Source of the DNA: an uncultured Gammaproteobacteria bacterium
Lineage (GTDB): Bacteria; Pseudomonadota; Gammaproteobacteria; QNFN01
DNA: 34,819 bases
Assembly: GCA_965364245.1 (NCBI GenBank)
Contig: CBDTVS010000001.1
Coordinates: 1 to 34,819, forward strand
Reading direction: 5' to 3'
Below the pieces are notes generated by a model. It searched no databases. It was not told the DNA's origin and saw only the letters and a list, made by a program, of their open reading frames with translations. How positions within the stretch are numbered: position 1 is the first letter of the stretch; each line of letters begins with the position of its first letter. The position numbers were made by a program, and so were the translations under genes. Below are positions 8,203-14,773 of the stretch, in pieces.

Positions 8203-10332
8203 TCAGCGCCTCATCAACGCCTTGACGCGCATCTGCAGCTCTTCTGGTGTGAAGGGTTTATGCAGGTAGTCGCTCACCCCGTAGCTTTCGAGCAGTTCGC
8301 TGGTCTCGGTGTCGTTTTCCCTGAGTAATAACAGGAACGGCAGGCCGGCCCAGGTGAAGGACGCGCGCAGCTGTCGCAGTAACGGCCTGGTCTCTACTCC
8401 GGGCATGTCCACGTCGAGGACCAGCAGGCTGATGTTGCTCTCGCGTTGCAATACGTCGATCGCCTCATCGTGACTGGTCGCCACCTGCAGCTTCAGGCCG
8501 ATGTTATCTAGAGTCTCACGCAGGCTCTCCGCGTCGTCGGGACTCCCGGCCAGGGTAAGAACGTCTGGGAGATCGGTCTTGCGGACACGCGTATCCGTCG
8601 CCATCGGTGGTAACGAGGTGATCGCGTGATCGTGGGCGAGACACAACTCACGCCAGAAGCGCCCGCCCAGCACGCGTGACGCCTCGTCGGGCGTGGTGGC
8701 CCCGGAAACGATCCAGTCCGAGGTCAGCGCGGTCATCGACCGCCCGGTACCGGAGATCGCCTCGCGGAGTGTGGCCAAATCGGTGTGGCCGTTGACCAGC
8801 ACCTCGCGCAGTTCGTCGCCAACCTCGATGATCTCGGCTATCGGAAGCCGTCCCTGATAGCCGGTGTAGTCGCACTCCGGACAGCCGGTGGCCAATGCCC
8901 CGACCGACGCTCCGGTGATCTCTGCGAACAGCAGCGAGGCGTCATCCAGATTCTCGTTAGCTTTGCGCTTGCAGGCAGGGCAGAGCTTTCGCAGCAGACG
9001 TTGCGCACTGACGCCGATCACGCTGTCGGCAACCAGGGCCGCCGGCACGTCCAGGTCGAGAAGACGTGGGATCGCGGTCAGAGCGTCGTTGGTGTGCAGC
9101 GTTGACAGCACCAGGTGGCCGGTCAGTGCGGCCTGGACCGCGATGTCGGCCGTTTCCGCGTCGCGGATCTCGCCGACCAGGACGACGTCGGGATCCTGGC
9201 GCAGGATCGAACGCAGGGCGCTCGCGAACGTCAGACCGGCTGCAGGATTCACCTCGACCTGCGAGATGCCGACGATCTCCTGTTCCACCGGGTTTTCGAT
9301 GGTGATGATGTTGATGCCCGTCTGGTTCAGACGATCGAGGAGTGCATAGAGCGTCGTGGTCTTGCCCGAGCCGGTCGGTCCGGTAACCAGGAAGATGCCG
9401 GAGGTGTGCTGGATGATGCGCAGCATCGCGGCCAATTCGGCCGGTGGAAATTCGAGACCCTCCAGTGTCACGCCCTCACCCTGTTCATGCAGGCGTGCGA
9501 CCAGTCGTTCACCACCGCGGCAGGGCAGGGTCGAGATGCGCAATTCGATTTCGCGGCCCTGGTAGGTCGTTGCGAGTTGCCCGTCCTGCGGCTTGCGGTC
9601 GTTGCTCGGGTCCATGCCGCTAACGGCCTTGATCTGGCGTACCAGGGCATGGAACACGGCGGAGGGCAGGGTGGCGATACGCTGTAGAACCCCGTCGACC
9701 CGGCAGCGGATCACGCCGCCACCGGCGAACGGCTGCACGTGGACGTCGGAAGCGCCACGCTCGACCCCGAGCCGCAGAATCTGCCTTCCGAGCACGTCTG
9801 CTGCGTTCTCCTTATCGTCTGCCGCGGGTGCCGTCTGATCCTCCATATCCAGGATGAGCAGGCGCTCGGTCTGCTTGCGCAGCGCACGGCTGTAGTTGGC
9901 CGTAATGAAGTTGTCGATGGACACCGGCGCGGCCAGATGGGTGACGATGTTTCGCGCAGAGGCTGCCCTGAGCTGTTCCAGCGCTTCCTCGTTGAACGGG
10001 TTGCTGATGGCGACGATCAGGCTGTTGCCGTCCTCGGCGATGGGCAGAGCGTGGTACTTGCGCGCCATCGATTCCGGTACGAGGCGTGTGACGAACGGTT
10101 TCGCGCTATCCAAGTCGGCGTGGGGAATGCCGTAGTGGTTGGCGACCGCCTCCGTGAGTTCGTCGTCGGTGATCTTCAGGATGTGGGTCAGCTGGTGCCA
10201 CGCCTCCTGGGCGTTCTGGCCCAGGTGGACGCCATAGAGTGCCGTGTGCTGATCGGGAAACGTCTCCTGAACGGCGAGACGCAGCCAGCGCAGGCTCTCG
10301 CGTGATTCGGGTTGTTGATCTTCCGTGTTCAC
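8203..10332 (-). CDS. GspE/PilB-family type II secretion / type IV pilus assembly ATPase fused to a C-terminal response-regulator receiver (REC) domain
   Basis: 709 aa; the GTG start forms GTGA with the upstream stop. Motifs present:
- T2SSE_N-like region
- Walker A GPTGSGKTTT
- Walker B DPDVVLVGEIRD
- His box GHLVLSTLHTND
- Tetracysteine CPAC...CPEC
The last ~125 aa (about 8206-8580) read as REC: SPDD, LLVLDVDMPG, DYLHKPF. Confidence 0.9.
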   Translation of the reverse strand: MNTEDQQPESRESLRWLRLAVQETFPDQHTALYGVHLGQNAQEAWHQLTHILKITDDELTEAVANHYGIPHADLDSAKPFVTRLVPESMARKYHALPIAEDGNSLIVAISNPFNEEALEQLRAASARNIVTHLAAPVSIDNFITANYSRALRKQTERLLILDMEDQTAPAADDKENAADVLGRQILRLGVERGASDVHVQPFAGGGVIRCRVDGVLQRIATLPSAVFHALVRQIKAVSGMDPSNDRKPQDGQLATTYQGREIELRISTLPCRGGERLVARLHEQGEGVTLEGLEFPPAELAAMLRIIQHTSGIFLVTGPTGSGKTTTLYALLDRLNQTGINIITIENPVEQEIVGISQVEVNPAAGLTFASALRSILRQDPDVVLVGEIRDAETADIAVQAALTGHLVLSTLHTNDALTAIPRLLDLDVPAALVADSVIGVSAQRLLRKLCPACKRKANENLDDASLLFAEITGASVGALATGCPECDYTGYQGRLPIAEIIEVGDELREVLVNGHTDLATLREAISGTGRSMTALTSDWIVSGATTPDEASRVLGGRFWRELCLAHDHAITSLPPMATDTRVRKTDLPDVLTLAGSPDDAESLRETLDNIGLKLQVATSHDEAIDVLQRESNISLLVLDVDMPGVETRPLLRQLRASFTWAGLPFLLLLRENDTETSELLESYGVSDYLHKPFTPEELQMRVKALMRR

Positions 10333-10769
10333 CGCGGGAGGACTTCGACGGGGCCTGGACCTGACGCGTCGGCCTGCAGTCGGACCAGGCTGTCGTGATA
10401 GGTGGTCTCGAGGGTGTAGTCCGTGTCGCCGTGCGAATAGGTCACCCAGCCGTTGAGGAAATCGATGGGCAGGGTGTCGGGGAGTTCGCCGGTCTGCTTG
10501 CGGTACATCTCGATGTCTTCGGCCGTGTGGCTGAGGATGCCAGCGATCTGCTCGACGGTCTCGCCGCTGTCATGCGGTGCGAACCACGCGCTGAAATGAT
10601 CGCGCTCCGCGTAGACGGCCAGCACCAGCGCAACCCAGACGGTGAGGGTCAGCGGCCACCTGGACCCCACAGGCTTGGCGCTGCTCGCGAGCTTTGCGCG
10701 TCGTTCCCAGGAGTCGACCTCGTTCTGGGCCGCGGAGATGGTGCTGTTCAGGTCTTGATGTTGTGCCAT
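10329..10769 (-). CDS. Small bitopic membrane protein of unknown function (146 aa)
   Basis: ORF 10329..10865 trimmed to the ATG at 10769, which is preceded by aggaac. Single TM WPLTLTVWVALVLAVYA, with about 90 aa predicted outside. It sits 14 nt after the pilin-like gene and is coupled to the ATPase gene. I recognise no family. Confidence 0.6.
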   Translation of the reverse strand: MAQHQDLNSTISAAQNEVDSWERRAKLASSAKPVGSRWPLTLTVWVALVLAVYAERDHFSAWFAPHDSGETVEQIAGILSHTAEDIEMYRKQTGELPDTLPIDFLNGWVTYSHGDTDYTLETTYHDSLVRLQADASGPGPVEVLPR

Positions 10770-10783
10770 GACGTGTTCCTCGA

Positions 10784-11905
10784 TCAGTGTGGGTAGCGGT
10801 CGCACTGCTTGAGCAGGCCCCAGGCATGGCCGTGGGGGTGACCGGCGAGGACATGCGCTACGCAATCGTTGTACTGCTGCCGAGAGGACGCCTGGGTGCC
10901 GGTATTGCTAGCGCCAGAGCCTGAGCTGGTGCCAGCTGGCTGGGTTACGACAGGCTGTTGCACGACAGGTTGCTGCACGGGAGGCTGTATCGGTGTCTGC
11001 ACTGCTGCAACGCAGGCCAAGGGGTTGGAGGTGCTGCGTACCTCGCCGGGACCGCAAGCGTTAGCACAGACGTCGAAAGCGCTTCCGCTCGGACTGGAAC
11101 CCGCGGGGATGGTGACCTTGACCTGACCCGCTGCACAGCTCTGAGGCTGCTGTGGCTGGGGTGCTGTCTGCGATTGTTTTTCGCACGACAGTGGATTGGA
11201 AGTGCTGCGAACCTCGCCGGGGCCACAAGCGTTGGCGCATACGTCGAAAGCGCTTCCGCTGGGACTGGAACCTGCGGGAATAGTGATCTTGACCTGACCC
11301 GCTGCACAGCTCTGAGGCTGCTGTGGCTGGGGGAGTGCCTGTGGTTGCGGTTTGCTCGATACGGTGCTGGGCTGGACCGCTGCCGGGGGTTGAGTCGCGG
11401 TCGCGTGACTGGCATGCCGAGCCATGGCATCGAGCAGCGGGACGACCATGGCTTTCGGCTCGAGGACCCAGGCGTAGGTGCTGTGCGGAAGGGCATGGGC
11501 GACCGCCTTGAGGTGGCGCGACTGGGTCGCGTCTCGCGCGACCAGCATCAGATAGGGGATGTCCTTGCCATCGAACGGGCCGTAATGGGTCGAGCTCTGG
11601 ATCAGATACTCATCCAGATAGTCGAACTGGAGCAACTCCGGTCCTATGGGGAACGAGGTGAGCTCCGGAGGGATCTCGCCGACCTTGCCGGCAGAGAATT
11701 TTGGAATCGCGCCCCTGGTAGCGAGTTCGGAGTGGAAGACCGTGCGCAGCGTGTCGATCGTCGTCAGCACCTGCGCGACGCGAGCCCGGGTCTGGTAGTC
11801 GTTGTAGAGTGGCACCGCGACGGCCACGAGGATGCCGAGTACCGCAATGGTCATCATCAGTTCGACCAGCGTGAATCCTGATGCGGGTTTTCCGTTGGTG
11901 TCCAT
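10784..11905 (-). CDS. Modular type IV pilin-like protein: prepilin N-terminal methylation domain plus a long Cys-rich repeat extension
   Basis: The leader MDTNGKPASG is followed by FTLVELMMTIAVLGILVAVAVPLY, the class III signal with G-1/F+1/E+5. At 373 aa it is more than twice normal pilin size. The C-terminal half has PQ-rich linkers and two 57-aa four-Cys modules. Confidence 0.85.
   Translation of the reverse strand: MDTNGKPASGFTLVELMMTIAVLGILVAVAVPLYNDYQTRARVAQVLTTIDTLRTVFHSELATRGAIPKFSAGKVGEIPPELTSFPIGPELLQFDYLDEYLIQSSTHYGPFDGKDIPYLMLVARDATQSRHLKAVAHALPHSTYAWVLEPKAMVVPLLDAMARHASHATATQPPAAVQPSTVSSKPQPQALPQPQQPQSCAAGQVKITIPAGSSPSGSAFDVCANACGPGEVRSTSNPLSCEKQSQTAPQPQQPQSCAAGQVKVTIPAGSSPSGSAFDVCANACGPGEVRSTSNPLACVAAVQTPIQPPVQQPVVQQPVVTQPAGTSSGSGASNTGTQASSRQQYNDCVAHVLAGHPHGHAWGLLKQCDRYPH
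11021..11332. repeat. In-frame tandem duplication (period 171 bp, 57 codons) inside the pilin-like gene
   Basis: 11021-11161 aligns with 11192-11332. A perfect 45-nt core lies at 11117-11161 and 11288-11332. The encoded unit is PQPQQPQSCAAGQVK[IV]TIPAGSSPSGSAFDVCANACGPGEVRSTSNPL[SA]C, present twice. Confidence 0.9.
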
Positions 11906-11937
11906 ATCCGCGCGTCACTCCGAAGGCTGTTATTTGC

Positions 11938-11953
11938 CGCACTCTAGGGTCCA
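11938..11953 (-). promoter_or_regulatory. Sigma-54-like -24/-12 candidate (TGGACC-N5-GTGCG) upstream of the pilin-like gene
   Basis: The minus strand reads TGGACCCTAGAGTGCG, with GG-N10-GC spacing against the consensus TGGCAC-N5-TTGCW. It lies about 33 nt upstream of the ATG at 11905. Found by eye only, with two deviations from consensus. Confidence 0.25.
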
Positions 11954-12074
11954 GAGTGGGGCCTGGTGATTATTCGATATGGACTGGTTATACCTTCCTT
12001 TCGGGGCAGAGGGTATGTCCTCGCTCAATTGGCCAAGCCTGGACCATGGCCCATCTATCGGGGCCGATCTCTCA

Positions 12075-12476
12075 TCAGATTCCGTGATGCTGCGGATCTT
12101 CAGGCAGCGTCGGATCGACCGTATCGGCACCAGCATCCATACCGGCATCCAGGTTGTCGTCCGGCAAGACGTTCTCCGACTGCGCGTCAGGCGCATCGTC
12201 CAGCGCCGGGTCTGGTGGCATGACGTGCTCCACGGGTTGCACATTGGCCGGGTCCACCCCCGCGGCGACGAGGTAGTCGTCGAGCGGGGAGGGGGGTGAC
12301 TTGTCAGCCGCGTCGGATGTCCCGGTCTGGTGCGTCGTGTCCGCAAACTGCATGTAATCGGCAACGGCGTCGCCCGGGTCGGACCCAGAGTCGGTTGCAC
12401 CTGCCTGATCGTCGAACGCGGTCTCGTGCGCACCCTGGGAGTTGTCATCCACGGGTGGTGTCAGATCGCCCACGGC
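12075..12476 (-). pseudogene. Orphan, diverged copy of the giant adhesin's C-terminal 133-codon acidic tail (gene remnant or stand-alone tail ORF)
   Basis: Gapless hand alignment of 133 aa to the last 133 aa of the 17442..31907 product gives 76 identities. Conserved islands are AVGDL, DYMQFADTT, SPLxDYLVAAGV and DPQHHG[IV]-stop. An in-frame stop lies at 12531-12533, the only start is GTG at 12473, and I see no Shine-Dalgarno. Confidence 0.6.
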
Positions 12477-12642
12477 GCCGGCGTGTGAAGGTGGAGTCGC
12501 GACCCGCCAGCGAGCTGGGACTAGCCCTTGTCATACCCTCAGCAGACCACCCGAGCACAGGCAGTCAGGGCATCCTCACGCTCTAATGGCTTCACCCATC
12601 CCGCACGCTGACATGTGCCCCACCCGTGGCCGAGTAGCTCAC

Positions 12643-14544
12643 TCAGCCACCAACATGAGCGTTTTGTGGCAGCACCAGATTCACGCCGTTTGGCGTTATC
12701 ACGTCGAAAAGTGACAGGAACCGCTTGGCGTCGGCTCGGTCTCCATCGATGGTGATCGACTCATGAAGCTGCCCTGTACCGATCGTCTGAAGTATCGCTG
12801 CCTTCGAGCCGCGAATCGTCACATCGGCCGCCATCAGCGGACCGTCGGTGAATGCTGCCACTTTGTTTCGGATGGTGTAGCCGGAAGTCTCGTCCGTATC
12901 GGTGGTCACGAATTGGACACTGATTTTCTCGCCAGCCGCGCGCTCAGCATTGAGGCGCACGCTCATCGTGCTGAGGATCTTGTTGGTCGGCAATACCGCG
13001 ACAATTGCCGGGTCCGCGAAATTCCAAGGCGTGGTGCGATCGATTGTGCCATCGAGCTCCGCGGCGTTCGAGAGTCCAAAGTTGCGCCAATAGATATTGG
13101 TCTGGTGGTGAGCCCACGAACGGAGTGCCTCCGACTTGAGGTTGCGCGCATCCATGTCACTCGGCTCGGAACGTGTCAGGTGCGTCAGGAGTTCTGCCGC
13201 CCAGCCGTAGTTATTGGCATCCACGGCTGCCCGAGCCCGATCCATGATGGCGTCCCGACCGCCGAGTGCCTCGACGTACTGATCCGCGAGATCGTTCATG
13301 CCGGGCCGGGCAAGTTGCGTCGCGTCACCTTCCCACCAACCGATGTAGCCGTTGTAGATGTTGCGTACGGAGTGGGCGACGGTACCGTAGTACTCCACGA
13401 GCCAAGGGTCACTCGCGAAAGGTTCGGGAAGCACGACTTTCTCGGCGAGTTGATCACGCTTGTAGCCCTGGTTGATCCAGTAAATCGTCTGATCGTGAAC
13501 GTACTGAATAGCGTCTCGGTAGTTCTGGATGCGCTCGACGATGAAGTCATTACCGACCCAGGAGCGCATGTGAGAACCCGAGTAGGATTTGGCTTTCTGC
13601 GCATACCATAGAAGCACATTGACACCGTTCATCCACTTCGCCACGTCACGGTAAGACGTGCCGCGGAGTGTGTAGAGGTTTGGAAAGGTCTCGCCCTGAA
13701 TCGTCTCGGAGCCATGCAGATGGTTGTACTCGGGAAAATAGATCGCGATCTCGTCAGTGTCCGCGTCGCCGTAGGCGTGGAACACCTCCATTTCGACACC
13801 GCCGATGTTGTACGTTCTGGGCTGCTCGTAGGGCACCTCCGAGGTTGGGAGGTAGAACGAGATTGGCCCTGCGCTAAAGGCTGGCCCCAGCCCGTTGTGC
13901 ACCGGACCTTCCGGGCCGGGTTTCAGATAGCCTGCAGCATAGGCTGTGCGCTGCGTCAGGATGTTGCCAACAACCCCAACGTCATTGACCAGATTGTCGA
14001 CGAAGTTCTCCGAAGCGATGATCTGCGTCCGCCCTGATGCCACATCCTCTGGCGTGACGCCAAAACCGGCCGAGCCAAAGGCATGGTCAGGGTGTCGGTG
14101 GGTGTAGAGAATCGCTACGATCGGCATCGTCGCGATCTCTGGCTTGACCTCGGCGAGAGTATCCAGAACATCTTTCGCCGCGTCGTCGTCGGACCCGGGG
14201 TCGATCACGATCAACCCGTTCTCGGTCACCGCGATTAAGGGCGAGGTAAGCTGGAATCCAAAGGCGTGGTAGAGCTTGTCCGGCACGATCTCGTAGATCG
14301 TCTTTGGCATCATCCGCGCAAAGGCGGTCATGGCCGGATGGATCGTATCTGCTTGTTCTGTATATGCGAGGTTTTCGCCCTGCCAGATCACAGGAGCGAG
14401 GTGCTTCAAAACGTCGGGATTGTTGAAGACGCTGGCATCCGTGCTACGCACAGGGCTGTTGAGTGGACCATATCTGGTCTGCGCGCTGGCATTGGATGCG
14501 AGCGTTAGTGAAATGAAAATTGTTAGCAGCATGTATCTTGGCAT
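12643..14544 (-). CDS. Secreted alkyl/aryl-sulfatase-like metallo-beta-lactamase-fold enzyme (SdsA1/BDS1 family)
   Basis: ORF 12643..14715 trimmed to the ATG at 14544. Signal peptide MPRYMLLTIFISLTLASNASAQ. MBL motif YTHRHPDHAFGS. The length (633 aa) and C-terminal region match alkyl sulfatases with dimerisation and SCP2-like domains (from memory). Confidence 0.8.
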   Translation of the reverse strand: MPRYMLLTIFISLTLASNASAQTRYGPLNSPVRSTDASVFNNPDVLKHLAPVIWQGENLAYTEQADTIHPAMTAFARMMPKTIYEIVPDKLYHAFGFQLTSPLIAVTENGLIVIDPGSDDDAAKDVLDTLAEVKPEIATMPIVAILYTHRHPDHAFGSAGFGVTPEDVASGRTQIIASENFVDNLVNDVGVVGNILTQRTAYAAGYLKPGPEGPVHNGLGPAFSAGPISFYLPTSEVPYEQPRTYNIGGVEMEVFHAYGDADTDEIAIYFPEYNHLHGSETIQGETFPNLYTLRGTSYRDVAKWMNGVNVLLWYAQKAKSYSGSHMRSWVGNDFIVERIQNYRDAIQYVHDQTIYWINQGYKRDQLAEKVVLPEPFASDPWLVEYYGTVAHSVRNIYNGYIGWWEGDATQLARPGMNDLADQYVEALGGRDAIMDRARAAVDANNYGWAAELLTHLTRSEPSDMDARNLKSEALRSWAHHQTNIYWRNFGLSNAAELDGTIDRTTPWNFADPAIVAVLPTNKILSTMSVRLNAERAAGEKISVQFVTTDTDETSGYTIRNKVAAFTDGPLMAADVTIRGSKAAILQTIGTGQLHESITIDGDRADAKRFLSLFDVITPNGVNLVLPQNAHVGG

Positions 14545-14773
14545 GGTCCGGAATCTCTTTAAATATCGGCCTTGAAAGGCTAGCAAAATTCGGCTTTCTG
14601 TTTTGATTTGCCTTATTACTTTCTGATGCAGATCAAGAGTCGCGGTAGCGATGACCTTGCGGTACGGAAGTCGCACTTGCAAGGTGAGATACTTGCCCTG
14701 TTCCGGCCAAACCACGAAGGTGCGTTTAACGACTGGCCATAGGCCGGACCTGAATTGGAATACTTAGCTGAAC

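Noticed and set aside
9900-10332. Possible MshEN-type c-di-GMP-binding motif in the N-terminal domain of the GspE-REC ATPase.
   Set aside because: Reading the first ~140 aa, I could not find the RLGxx(L/V/I)(L/V/I)xxG(L/V/I)(L/V/I)xxxxLxxxLxxQ pattern. Only a generic T2SSE_N-like region is present.
12281-12300. Short homopolymer tracts (G4-A-G6 at 12287-12297 here, and a C6 tract at 17494-17499), considered as phase-variation switches.
   Set aside because: The tracts are only 6 nt, below the lengths usually associated with slipped-strand phase variation.
11930-12448. The 172-aa minus-strand ORF, and the + strand ORFs 11979..12299 and 12296..12586, overlapping the orphan tail region.
   Set aside because: The frame 12075..12473 is the one that shows colinear homology to the adhesin C-terminus. 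The other frames give Arg/Thr/Pro-rich sequence with no similarity to anything in the window.
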